Shown piece after piece: positions 1 to 11,844 of a stretch of 64,000 nucleotides of DNA. The position numbers and the translations under genes are program-made. Below the pieces are notes generated by a model. That model searched no databases, was not told the DNA's origin, and was given only the letters and a program-made list of their open reading frames with translations. The DNA lies in contig NC_082712.1 in the NCBI RefSeq assembly GCF_030144855.1, positions 136,896,001 through 136,960,000 of the forward strand, given 5' to 3'. Positions within the stretch are counted from its first letter, which is position 1; every line of letters starts with the position of its first letter. This stretch comes from Hypanus sabinus. Taxonomy: Eukaryota.

Positions 1-1019
1 AATAACAGAGTGTTGAAATGGACTGGCAGCTTGTATACAACAGCTGAAATTCACTATTCCAAATACTAATACTTGTCTCGTATATAATAATATTCGACTT
101 TGACCCAATAATGGATTTCAAGTAAAACATGTCCAGTACCATAATTACTTATTTGCATGCTAACTGGCCCCAAGATTTTACACAATACTTTCAACTCTTT
201 ATGATATTGAAAACTCCTCCAGTAAAAGTATTGTTCTAATCATCTGACCAACTGTGCCAGTTAAAAATTACACATTTCCCACCTAGAATTTGTCATCCAA
301 TCTCATCACCCCCCTCGTTTAACTGCTGTTCTGCAGCAGAAAGCACCAGCTAAGAGAAATCCATAGCACAATGATTGAGAGATTTCCTCAGTGACATCGG
401 GCGTATTTGTGCCACACTGCTTTGTTATTAACCATATATTCCAGCAAAGAACCCTCCAAGGCAAGCATATGCTACTAGCGTACAAAGGAATTTTAACTGC
501 ACACAAATTATTGTCACCCTCTACCTCGTTAAGTATATTTCTCCATCGTACATAATCACATTCCCTTTTCTCGTTTCTGACTCACTGATGTGAATTATGT
601 TATTTGTTTTAAACAAGAAATAACAAACAAAACTTGGTAGTTTATTATCCTTAGAACAGCTTCAGGTTTACTTCCACTTAAAAATTCAGTACTGTTGTCC
701 CAGTGCAAAAAGACAGCACAGCACAAGATTTCTGCGCACAATGGTTATTACAAATTAGAGGGAACATTGCGTCCTATTCCTTTTATTCCTGAAAATCTGT
801 AACATTACCAGCCTCTATTACTCCCCAGCAATGGGCTACACCCAAGCCCTGCACCATTGCACTGGTTAGTGACCTCACTTGATCCAGCACTTTTCAGTGC
901 CGGACATCAGAGGCCGATTCTGCACACTGTCTCCGTGGCTTCCTCTGCACCCCATCTGTGCACTGAGGGCATCATAGTGTATTCTCATTGATATGCCCGT
1001 TCGAGGCACTCAGTATATG

Positions 1020-1400
1020 TAACTGTGGCCAAGATGCTACGCTCTGTTGGATAGCAGCAAATGATGTACTGGGGTCTTATCAGAATAAGGAGAGTCGATC
1101 TCATTGAAATGTACAAAACTCTTATCTGTCTGGACAGGGATTAATGTGCAATTGATGTTTCAACTGGTTGATATAGCGAGGACAAGATATCAGTGTCTTA
1201 CAGTTTGGATATGAGAAAAAGATATTGTCAGTCAGAGCTGTGAGGAAGCTATGAACCCACAACCTTCAAGGCAAAAATTGAAAGATATTGGAAAATAAAG
1301 TCTGTGGGGCCAAAACAGGGATATGACACTGCAATAAATAAAACAAAGCCTGGCATGATCTCACTGAATAGAAAAGCAGCCATGAGAGGACAAATGGCTT
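1020..1400 (+). mobile_element. Degraded CR1-type LINE 3' fragment
   Basis: Remnants of the RMRGDLIEMYK-type CR1 C-terminus and CR1 3' region wording; boundaries approximate. Confidence 0.4.
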
Positions 1401-1454
1401 AGACTGCTTCTCAGGGTACAATGTGATCACAGACTTGGTTAGAATGGTATTCAC

Positions 1455-1784
1455 CTCTTAACTGCAGACGGTAACTCGATGTCACAGGCTTGCTTGAAGT
1501 TTCAGAGTGAAGGAATTGCATTTTGAACTCTTTCCCATGATCTGCAGTCGTTGGTGTAAATGTCCACTGGGATGATCGTGAGTACAAACCACTGGAATCC
1601 TCTTTACTTGCTTCGGTGACTATTCCTACTTTTGATGGATTTTGAACTTTACTGAAATCTTTGAACCAGAATATCTGATTTCCTTCTGGATAAAATTCAT
1701 AAGCCGTGCAGGAAAGTGTTAAAGACTTTCCTATTTCAGGGGAAGGTGGATCTGCCTTAATTTCCAAGATCTTTGGCAATGAAA
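1455..1784 (-). CDS. Exon: fourth post-TM Ig C1-like domain, second Cys replaced
   Basis: Acceptor ccttttttatgtctag|, donor AGAG|gtgaat; LSCTAYEFYP...WFKD...GLYSRSSQW...FKMQFLH. Confidence 0.85.
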
Positions 1785-4700
1785 CTAGACATAAAAAAGG
1801 AAGAAAAATAAGTTAAACTAAATATGCAATTTAGAGAAGATTACAATTTAAACCAAAATTGACAGGCATTTCTTAGTAAGTACTTCAAGACTGAAAACTA
1901 TTAAAAGCAATGTAAAAAAAAACAATTGCCATGTCTTTCCTGATTTGGATTATTATTTTATTTCTAATGATTGGATCTCACTGCTTTCTTGTGGGTTCTC
2001 AGCTGTTGGTGATTGCTCATTATCCTGTTGTTAAGCAATTAGCTTTCATCATCAGGGCAGCCATTTTACATTGTTTTTATTTCCTTTATTAGTTAGGAGT
2101 GCTGGTTATTTGAATCTGCCTTTTATAAAATGCTAACATTTTAATTAAAAATAGAATCATTCAGGAGAGTTCTTTAAACTATCCTATATCCTTTCAATAT
2201 TGTGAAAACTGTCAAACACCCTTGATAAGTATAGTCATATGGCGGCTAGTTTTGATCAAATAGTTTATAGTTTTTACAATCAATAGCAATTTAAAATTTT
2301 ATACTTTTTCCTCTGAACTATATCTATGCATTAACTTTTACTTCTTTGCCTACAAATCAATGAATTCACCCATTTTGTAGAACATAGAATAGTACAGCAA
2401 TTTAATTTCATTTAATTTCTTTCATTTTCTAAGGAAATCTCTGTTCAATCAAATCAACCATGTTCACTCTCCTTTGCAGTAATACAATTAGCCTGTAGGC
2501 TTTGCAACAGTTGGCTTTCTGTCTTAGTAAACGGATGCCAAAACATTACAAGGGTATGTCCCAGTACCAGCAGTTAACATTAGACGGCCATCTTTTATAA
2601 ATTTCAAATTGATTGTAGAAAAAAACAATTTCAGAAACAAAAAGTGATCTTGCTTTAGTTAAAAACCTGTTACTTACTCACTTCACCAGCTACCCAATGA
2701 GTCTCTTTTGGCTTTGATAAGCTCTCATGTATGACTTGGCATGTGTATTTTGTCCTAGCGTCAGCAATGGTGAGAACAATCTTCACATTAGCTGTCAGCT
2801 GATAGAGTTCATCCTGTCCAGTTTCTGCTTTATTAACTACAGAATTTTGTTGAATTTCTGAGCCATCTTTGAGCCATTTAACAGTGATATCTCTGGGGAA
2901 AAATGAACTTATTTGACAGCTTAAGTTCACGGGCTCTTTTGCAATTGGTTTTGCTACATCACACTTTATAGTGCCCAGTTTTGGAGAAGCTGGAAGAGAA
3001 AACAAGGTTTTAAACATTAGCAGATTTTCAAAATTGGAGGATTAGATATTGTGCTTCCCATATGTAATTACTTACAGCTTTGAAAACTTGGGAAAAAGAC
3101 ATAAAAATAATTATTAAATTTATTAATTTCAGTGCAATCCTACCCTATTGATTTAGCTTGTTATATTCTTAAATGATCTCAAATCTTTTCCCTCGTAACA
3201 TTATTACTACCTTGTAACAATAAGAGAAATATGGTATCAAGACAATGCATTCACCAGAGGAGCCTCCAAATCAAATAAGCAATCTGGATCCTTTCTCATT
3301 TCAAGGCTTAGATAACAGTATACCTGTAATGCTTAGGGTTATTGCTTTCTCTTGCTTGTCATTAGTGGAGTGGTGCAGTATGCTACAGAAGTACTGCGAG
3401 CTCTGGTCTTGCTGTATATCTGGCACAATAACTAATACACTAGCAATGCTGTAAGTTTTGTCTTCATGCTCCACTTCACTGATGTAATGATTTCCCTTCA
3501 AATTCATCTTGTTATCATGCATGGTTGTCGTGTTGTCCAGCTGCATCTGGACAAGTTCTTCCAAATCTGCATTCTTTCTCTTTTGTTGCCATATAATATT
3601 TAATGGCCTTGGTTTAAATCCACTGATTGAACAAGACAAAGCCGCAGGTTCCTTGTCCTTGATGAGACGTGGCTTCAAAATGTTTAAAACCTTAGGTGGC
3701 ACTTAGAAAAGAGAAAATGAAAAATAAATCACACAAACTGAAATGCAAAGAGAGAGATAAATATTGAATTGTTTTAAATGTTTAATGACTGAGTCCACCT
3801 GATGAAGAGCTGTATTTAACATAACTATCCACATCATTGACATAAGGGATTCTACTGGTGCTGGAAATCTTGAGCAAAACATGCAAAATGCTGGAGAAGC
3901 TCAGCAGGTCAGGCAACATCTATGACGGGCAGTGAACAGCTGATATTTTGGGCCGTGACCCTTCAGTACTCTTCACCATAGTTGCTGCCTGGCCTGCGGA
4001 GTTCCTCCTGAATTTTGTGTATCTACATCAATGCCAAATACCATATATGTTAATGAAAGACATTCAAAATGGAGCCGAAAAGACAGCAATTAATAATTAA
4101 AGAAAATGTTTGAAATTTACCTCCTATAACATCTAGCGTCAGTGTCCTAGTTATAGGTTCTTTAAGTGCTCGATGTTGAACTTCGATACTTAACTCAGCC
4201 CCATCATCCTGAGAAATATCTGGATATATTCTGACACTGACTTCTACACTGGAAATCTTAAGTGTGTTAGTTGTGAATTCAGAAATCTGTGGCTTAAAGG
4301 ATGCATCTTCAACATCTGGCTGCATAAGGATTCCCATTACATTATAATCTTGTCCATTTGTTGATACATGCTGACTGCAGTTCTCATTCCAATCCTTATC
4401 ACTCCACTTCAGAAGCTGATGTTTATCCTCCTGCTTCCTCTTTGCGTAGATCACAACTGTAACCTCACGAGGCCGAAATGAGTTAACCATCCAAGTGACT
4501 ACTTTTTCTTCAAGATGTTTCAAAACTTGATGTTCACTGCATCCAGTAACTTTTGGAGCAACTGGTCAAAACAAAAATAAGTAATTAACACTTAACAATG
4601 TAAATGTGCTTTCTTGCATCCTCAGTTTTTATGGCCTTTCTGGAATTACAGAAATAAGACAATTAGTGTAACAGACAAGGTCAGAATGTCCTTTAGTCTG

Positions 4701-7700
4701 TACCATTTTTATTCAGCATATTACTGTCCAAAATAGTGAAACCAATTAAAATTGTATCCAGTGGAATTAGGGTTATTTTTAAAAATGTCACTATTTGCTT
4801 ATTCCAAAACACTGGACGGCTATTTATTTATTTCACTTCTTATTTCCAAGAGAGTAAAAATCTTTATGTTGTATCTCCTTCACAATATACAAGCAATAAA
4901 GAGGGGCAATGTGGGAGGATGTTGCCCTAACATTAAAATTGTACACATGATTGTTTAGTATACATGCATGTACAGTTAAATATACAATCAGATCAATGTA
5001 CAGTCAGATATACACTCAGATCAATGTACAGTCAGATAAGCAATCAGTTCAATGTGTATTGATAAATATAACTTCTGATTTCAGATTTCTGTTAATTGCT
5101 TCTATTGGTGAACTTTAGAGCAGGTTCTTAAAAGATCTAGGTAGTAAAAACCTAGAAAAGTCATCACTTAGCACAGTTTATTTCTAAACATGTGAACATA
5201 TTTTTTCTCTACTCCCCCCCTCAAATCCCTCTGCAGATAAAGTATGTCACAAACAAGAGAAAATCTGCAGATACTGGAAATACAAGCAACAAACACAAAA
5301 TCCTGGAAGATCCATGGAAAAAGGTAAACATGCGATGTTGCGAGCCGAGACCCTTCATCAATCCTGAAGAAGGGTTTTGGGCTGAGACATTGACTGTTTA
5401 CTTTTCTATAGATGCTGCCTATCCTGTTGAGTTCCTCCAGTGTTTTGTGTGTGTTGCTTAATGCTCATTTCATGTCAAGGGCAATTAAGCAAATGAAGTG
5501 ACCAAAACAGGATCAGAACCCATGAAATGGGCCATATTTAGTGGGGTCCCACATTGTGCTATTAAAACAGTGCCCTGGAGGACATTCAACTAGTTTTCTA
5601 GGGAAGAATCTTACTGGGGAAATTAATCTACATTATCCAAAAGTAACTTTGAAAATTGAATGATGTAATTTATTACATCATAAGAATGAATTGTTCATCA
5701 ATTTCCAATTCAAATATGTTTGAAGGGAAATATAATTATAAAAACATCAAAATAAAATGGAGGTTCTGCCTGGAGTATCAAATTCCTTTCAATGGAGCAA
5801 CTCCAAGCAAGGTTTTCTGTTGAACACCAATGGGGGAGTACAATTACTGCAGCCCAGTTCTAATCAAAGCAAAAAGATCATCACTTCCCAGGTCGGGGAA
5901 GAGATACAAGAAGCAGTCAAAGGATCAGAACAGCAGTGCAAATTCACAGCCAGCAACCCAGGTTCAATGCTGACCTCTGGCACTACTTGTGTGGAGTTTC
6001 CAGACTGCCCGTTATGCAGGAATTTACTCCAGGTGCTTTTGTTTCCTTCCCCATCATCAAATTTAAAAAAACATATGTAGGCCAAAAGGTTAATGAAAAC
6101 TCTGAATTTCCCCAAGTGTAGGTGAATGGTAGAACCTCGGGGGAGCTAGTGAGAAACTGGGGAAAATAACGGGATTTTGTAACGAGTGCTTGATAGCTGG
6201 CACGGACACACGGAGCCAAATGGCCAGTTTCTTTGTTGCATCTTCTATGACTCAATGCACAATCTGCAACACACCAAAAGGATTTCACTGTCTTCATATT
6301 ACCTTTTAGAAATATCCACAAATAAGCAGGGAGTCCTGCAGCAAACAGTAACCCAAATCCTCCTAGAAGTGCAGAAATAACCACTGCTGCTGTTGAAGTT
6401 GATTCAGGCTCTGAAACTTAGAAAACCAAAATGACAATATGAGCACTTAGACACACGAATAAACTTCACCAACTTGAGACATATGAGTTTTGCAAATTAT
6501 AAGTCACCATTCATAAGCCCTGTAAAAGTTTTTCAAGAAATTGAAACCATAATTGTGCAACATATTTTCACTTTAAGTCATGGTGTGGGAATTCCATTCT
6601 GTAGTTTTGTTATTTTTCATGTAATCTGGAATAAGTGATGGGCTCAGAGTTACTAGTATCCCAACTATTGACTCAACTTATTTGCACATGATATCAGTTG
6701 TAAGTTATGCTGTCAAATATTCAAAAAGATAAAAAACTAGCCCTGGGTAAGGGTGGTGACAGAAGGCCAGAACAATGCCTCCAAACTTGTCTCAATTATT
6801 TTTGGGACATATTAAAAGAATATCTAACCCACAGGATGAAGACAGAGGCAGAACGGCAGGGCCCTTCTTACTTAACCAAATCAAGTACAGGAAAGGTACT
6901 CAGCAGAGTACAGAAAATGAAATGATACGATGAAGGTAAAAATTAATTACTCATGGCATGGAAAGAATCAGCAGTTTCATTGGCACAAATAGTAAAATGA
7001 GTTAATGAGCAAGTAACTAACAGCCAGTCACCAAGAGTCTCTGTACAAATCCAAAATGTGCCAGCCTACTGTTTATTTTCAGGCATGACTCAAATTCTCA
7101 GCCAATATCTTTCTGGGGTGAAATAACAAACAATGAACATTGATTTAAATCAGTGGAATGAGAGTCAAACATTTAAAAAAAACATTGTTACAAATATTGC
7201 TACAAAGTATCCCCAACTTATTCAAAGTATGGAACATACCTTCAACTGTGAGTTTCACCTCCTGTGAAAGTTCGTCTGGAAGGGACTGATGTCTCATTGT
7301 ACACTTGTATATATTACCATCATCATTCAGAGTTGGTACAATTCTAATATTACTGGAAACATTAAACGTTCCATCATTATTAGAAACCGCAGCTCCAGTG
7401 CAGACATGTCTTTCCAATCTCTCAGCTTTCCCTCTGATTACCTTTTCCCAGAAGATTTCATGATTCTGAGGATAAAATTCCGTAGCATCACACCAGACAG
7501 ATTTCTCTGTACCATTCAGAATGGTAATGTGTTGTGTGGATAGAAGCACCTTTGGCTTAGCTGTATTAAAAAGCAAATCCAACCTTAAGTTAGATCGGAT
7601 GAAGTGCATTATCATAAATATCTAAAACCAAGTCTAAGCTATTGCTATGTTAAAATAAACAAAATGTACCACTTCCTTCCTTCAATTATTGTTCCAAATC

Positions 7701-9220
7701 ACAAGACTTCCCTTTACTATTACTCCTGAAAGATAATTCACTTGCTCAACATTCAATGCAGTTCCATGTGAGAGATTTTAATTAGTTATTCCCTCTGATC
7801 CAGAGTCTCCAAATAATAAATTAACAGACAGTGGAGAAGTGCATTGGTAATTCTGCTGAGATTGTATGCATTATGGAGAAAGTAGACAATTGCCAAAGGA
7901 TATGGCAGGATATAGATCAGTTATAGATATGGGCAGAGAAATGGCAGACAGAGTTTAATATAACTAAGTAGTTTGTGTTACAACTTGGGAATTCAAATAT
8001 GAAGGGATATCACACTTTTAATGGCAAAATCTTTAATAAATTGATCTACAGAGGGATTCTGTGACCCAAGGTCATAGTCCCTGAAAACAGCACACATTGA
8101 CATGGTGGTAGGGAAGTACATGGCCCACTTGTCTTTATTAGTTGAGGCATTGAGGTCAAGGGTTGATAAGTTACTTTGCATCTTTATAAAACACTGCTGA
8201 TGCCACATCCAGAGCACTGCTTCCAGTCCTGGTTGTCCCCATAATAGGAATAGAGTAGAGGGTTTGAAGAGGGTACAGAAGTGGGATGTTGCCTCAGGAA
8301 AAAAGCATGTGCTACAAGGATAGGATGGACAAATTTGGAGCAATACACGAACAGCTTGGTCGGGCAGCATCTTTCAGACAGTTAACGTTTCGGATTAAAA
8401 CCATTCAAATGAATTAGGGTTGCTTTCCCTGGAGTGTCAAGGTGAGGGAAAACCTGATGGAAATTTATAAGATTATGAGTAGCAAAGATAGAATAGAGAG
8501 CCAGTATCTTATCCAGGGTCAAAATACCAAAGGTGAGAGGGGGCAAGTTCAAAGATGATGTGAGTGGTAGGTTTTCTTTTTTTAAAAAAACACATAGAGC
8601 AGTGGAATGCAATGCACTGCCAGAGGTGGTAGCAGAGGCCGATGTAACAGATGCATTTACAAAGCTCTTAGATAGGCACATGAATGTGTAGAGAGTTGAG
8701 TGATGACATTGTGTAGGCAGAAGAGATTACTTAACTTACTAGCTAATTACTAGTTTAATTAGTTCTACTAGCTAATTACTAGTTTAATTAGTTCTGTACA
8801 ACATCATGGGCTGAATGGCTTGTTCCTGTGCTGTGCTGTTCTCTGTTCACACCAGGTAATGTTTTAGAAGTCTCTTACCCAAAATCACAACTCGTGAGCT
8901 CTTTTCCACTTTGTCAGGAGTGACAAGCACAACACAGGTGTATTCTCCTGCTTCACTTAATTGGATATTTGGAAGATAAAGTGAAGCATCTCCTTTCTGT
9001 AATTCAGTTGTAGATATTTTGGCTCCAGATCGTTTAGAGGCAGCTGCACCTGCTTTAGAGGAGTAGATTTCTTTCCTTTGGGATCCATACAACCATTGAA
9101 CACCCACGTTTGATAGGTCAAGAACAGGCGATCCAAAATCAGTAACTTTACATTCCAAGGTAATGTCCGTATTCAAAAATACATTCTTTGGACTTCTAAA
9201 AATGTTCATATCCAAAGTTT
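1455..9220 (-). CDS. ncr3lg1: B7-H6 (NCR3LG1)-like Ig-superfamily membrane protein, 7 exons (partial: leader and terminal exon not found); IgV-IgC1-TM-4x Ig-like, 744 codons in these exons
   Basis: Seven exons with AG/GT boundaries, all phase 1, joining into one open frame (342+321+108+441+378+312+330 nt). V domain motif GDASLYLPNIQLSEAGEYTCVVLVTP and C domain motif NNDGTFNVSS...YKCTMRHQSL match what I recall of B7-H6; the symbol denotes family likeness, not proven orthology. Confidence 0.75.
2678..2989 (-). CDS. Exon: third post-TM Ig C1 domain
   Basis: Acceptor ttttctcttccag|, phase-1 donor GTGA|gtaagt; LSCQISSFFPRDITVKWLKDG...YTCQVIHESL. Confidence 0.88.
3324..3701 (-). CDS. Exon: second post-TM Ig C1-like domain
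   Basis: Acceptor ttttctcttttctaag|, donor ACAG|gtatac; LSCSISGFKP...W...YSIASVL...YFCSILH. Confidence 0.85.
3852..4022. mobile_element. Short inverted-repeat relic of a Penelope-like element terminus
   Basis: tgctggagaagctcagcaggtcaggcaacatcta ... tagttgctgcctggcctgcggagttcctcc inverted arms, homologous to the termini at 52722-53568. Confidence 0.65.
4121..4561 (-). CDS. Exon: first post-TM Ig-like domain, both canonical Cys absent
   Basis: Acceptor ttttgttttgaccag|, donor GGAG|gtaaat; VAPKV...VTWMVNSFRPREVTV...LSIEVQHRALKEPITRTLTLDV follows C1 strand pattern. Confidence 0.8.
4978..5055. repeat. Tandem repeat, ~30-bp unit, about 2.5 copies
   Basis: tacaatcagatcaatgtacagtcagata repeated with few substitutions. 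Confidence 0.75.
5255..5458. mobile_element. Penelope-like terminal hairpin relic with two degenerate hammerhead-like motifs
   Basis: aaatctgcagatactggaaat... and ...gttcctccagtgttttgtgtgtgttgc arms; CTGAAGAAGGG...GAGACATTGACTG at ~5364-5396 and a reverse copy just upstream. Confidence 0.65.
5920..6262 (+). mobile_element. tRNA-derived SINE (HE1/V-SINE-like) in the intron after the TM exon
   Basis: B-box-like ggttcaatgc, tgtgtggagttt core, gtgtaggtgaatggtagaa body and a CR1-like tail (ggcacggac...ctatgactc). Confidence 0.6.
6303..6410 (-). CDS. Exon: stalk plus transmembrane helix
   Basis: Acceptor ttttctaagtttcag|, donor AAAG|gtaata; EPESTSTAAVVISALLGGFGLLFAAGLPAYLWIFLK. Confidence 0.85.
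7240..7560 (-). CDS. Exon: IgC1 domain (membrane-proximal)
   Basis: Acceptor tttaatacag|, donor GAAG|gtatgt; WCDATEFYP...W...DGTFNVSS...YKCTMRHQSL C1-set pattern. Confidence 0.9.
7825..8830 (+). mobile_element. Degraded CR1-type LINE RT/C-terminal fragment
   Basis: Recognisable DIDQL..WAEKWQTEFN and downstream CR1 3' sequence with many stops. Confidence 0.7.
8737..8795. repeat. Perfect 29-bp-period tandem duplication
   Basis: tactagctaattactagtttaattagttc twice in tandem. Confidence 0.9.
8879..9220 (-). CDS. Exon: IgV domain (B7-H6-like)
   Basis: Acceptor tttgcgtttag|, donor TTGG|gtaaga; ITLEC...W...GDASL...EAGEYTC canonical V-set pattern. Confidence 0.9.
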
Positions 9221-10619
9221 CTAAACGCAAACAGAAAAATGAGGCAAATTTATCTTCAAACACATATTGCAAGTAGAAATTAAGCAGATTCAAGTTATAG
9301 TGTAAGTTATGGCTTTTTTCTCTAGCAATCCCACAAGTCAGTAGGTTGTCCAACTCCAGGATTACAGATTGATTTGTGCATTGAAGTGGATGCTGTATTG
9401 TTTGAAATCACAAATTTCAGATGAGGTGCTAAACCTTCAGCAACATAATACAAAGATACAAAATATCATCAATATTAAATAAGTCCCTGGGCACTACCTT
9501 GAACATAAACTTTAGTCAACATTACTAACATCTCAGCTTAGTAAAGGTTAAGTAATAGGTTGTGTCTCAGATGTTAATAACAGTGTATACTCTTTAAAAG
9601 GTACTTCCTTAATTGTAAAGTGCTCTGGGACATCCTAAAAGCTACTCTTTCATTAAAATCTTTCATTTAAATGGATTGGCACTGTATTATTTCCAAACGT
9701 GGTTCCAAAGCATTGTCACAGAATGGTTAAATGTAAAACACATCCCTAACTCACTGATGTGCCACACTGTAAATGAGTCATCAAATGGAAACGGTTGAGG
9801 TGCTTACTCACGGGAAGTTAGGGGGCAATTACCTTAAAAAGGATTGCATAGAGCTGTATTTTCACAGCACCACAGAACTGTATTTTGATTTTATGCAAAG
9901 AATAAATTGCACTTTTAATCAATTTAGGATAAAAATGCATTAGTGGCTGCAGATGGATGCTTTGATCTCAATGCACAACACTGAGTTCGATGATTTCCCC
10001 AACAACAAATGCACGACACTAACGTGGCTGATTTACAACTGGAGCACAAAGATCTGCACTGAGCACTGTTGAACAATTATGGCCTGAGATGGAGGCCAGT
10101 GTACTGGTTTTGTGTTTCCTAGCTACTTAAAGGTACACTCTGGTGGTCAAGGAAGAAGTAACTCAACAGCTTCAGAAATGACTGCATGTTACAGTAGTAC
10201 AGAAGTCTAAATTACTGGATGAGTAATTAAGAGGTCCAAACTAATAATTTAGAGACCCAGTCTCAAATCTGACACAGCAACTGTGGAACAGAAATGTTGT
10301 TAATAATCTGGAAGCTAGTGAGAACAAGGCTTAGTATTTCTAACACTAGGCTGTATTCTCCAATGTGCTCTTTGGGAGAAAACTGACATCTTTTCCTGGG
10401 CTGGTCTACGTGCAATTCCAAAGCCACTCCACACAGTTGACTTTCAGCAGCCCTCCACAGTATCCTACAAGTTACTTTATACGAGAATCAGGCTTAATAC
10501 CACTGATATATGTCATGAACTTCTTGTTTTGCAGCAGCTGTACAGTGAAGTAAGAAATACTATACAGTAAGAAATATCTGTTAAAAATGGCTGCAGCTCT
10601 GTGTTCGGTGTTTGGGGGA

Positions 10620-10790
10620 GAGATGTTGCTTTGAAGCAAAGCGCGCAGATACTGCAACCTTGCTCGAGGTCTTCAATTTTATTTTCCAGTGTCTGTACAT
10701 TAGCCAGCGGGATGGTAGGGAGTGGGGACCTCAGGGCCCCGTGTTTCAATTTTGCAAGCTGCTTAGCTTGCTTTCCAAATTTCCTTTAAC
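10620..10790 (-). mobile_element. Fragment of a Rex1/Babar- or L2-type LINE endonuclease N-terminus
   Basis: LRSPLPTIPLANVQTLENKIEDL resembles the PLPSILLANVQSLENK motif of these LINEs. Confidence 0.55.
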
Positions 10791-11454
10791 TCTTCAGTCT
10801 GGAGTCTGCTGATTTTGACTAATCGTCAGCTTTTTAAACATGACAAGACAATATTGCTTACTGAAGTACCCATGGGATTGACTGTGGATTTCAACTGTAG
10901 TAGCCCTAAACAGGGATATTTGATCATTCGCTTCAGAGCCGCACCCAAAGCCACTATCTGATCCCATCTTTCTGATTACCATTACAACTTCAATCAAATT
11001 GGTAAATTTCTTTATTATTGTCACATCTTTCAAGGTATACTGAGAAAATCTGCCTTACATACAATTTATGCAGATCAATTCATTGCAGCAGTGATTTGAG
11101 TTAAAATAACAGAATTCAGAAAAAAGATTACATTTACTGAGGAAGTGTCGTGCAGACAGAATAAGGAGCCAGGCCATGACAAGGGAAATTGTGAGTCCTA
11201 GAGTCAATCTTACTGTGCTAGGAAACCCGTCGTATAACAGCAAGACAGACCGTGGCACTTTCAGAGTTAACAGGAAGTCAGACGAGGGCAGGACATTCCC
11301 AGTGAATGCTAGGAACCTAAAAGTACACAGTTCCCTGGAAGTGGCAAGACTGAAAAACAGGGTGCCAAAGGTGGCATTCAGAGCACCACCCTCAGCAGTC
11401 AGCACATTGAATACAAGTGTTGGAATCTTGTGCTGTGTTTGGACAAGAATGATG

Positions 11455-11560
11455 ATGAGGATACACTTGGAATATTGTGTACAATTTTGGCTATGTTGTT
11501 ATAGGAATGACACCATTAAGCTGGGAAGAATGCAAAGTAAATGTACAAGGATGTTCCTAG
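11455..11560 (+). mobile_element. Short CR1 fragment
   Basis: HLEYCVQFW...KLGRMQSKCTRM motif. Confidence 0.6.
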
Positions 11561-11844
11561 AAAAACCTCTTTTTACTGGGAGTCTGTGTAAATGCAGCTC
11601 GTTTGCCCCTCACTAACAGCCACTGGACTTCACGGCAAGGAAACCATCTTTCTCAGCCTCTGTACAATTAGGGTGTCTACGAATTTGGTGCCGCCAAACC
11701 CATGAGGTTGGGATGTCTCGCCCACCCAAACCCCAGTTTGTGTGAATACTGTGTGATTTACTGACACCACCCCTCCACACCCCGACAATCGCTTTTGGCA
11801 AGAAATAATAGACCGTACACTGCATACAATTACAATGAAGTATA

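Noticed and set aside
306-506. Minus-strand ORF, and a hydrophobic alternative frame (LKFLCTLVAYACLGGFFAGIYG), as a terminal exon
   Set aside because: Weak acceptor; the phase-1 frame has no recognisable motif and the hydrophobic frame would need phase 0
5920-6000. tRNA gene
   Set aside because: Only a degenerate B-box within a SINE head; no cloverleaf
5864-6115. ORF as an extra exon or second TM
   Set aside because: It is the antisense of the SINE, with no good acceptor and no TM-length hydrophobic stretch
1455-9220. N-glycosylation sequons as a topology indicator
   Set aside because: Sequons occur both before (NGT, NVS) and after (NCS, NTT, NLS) the TM, so they are uninformative
9430-9500. 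Hydrophobic stretch YLILMIFCIFVLCC as the leader exon
   Set aside because: Ends in an in-frame TGA, and the nearby donor is not phase 1 in that frame
10794-11033. ORF with a phase-1 GTAAGC donor as the leader exon
   Set aside because: The peptide is not signal-like
11055-11616. Two overlapping ORFs of 116 and 146 aa as genes
   Set aside because: They span junctions of decayed repeats; only a short CR1 motif is recognisable
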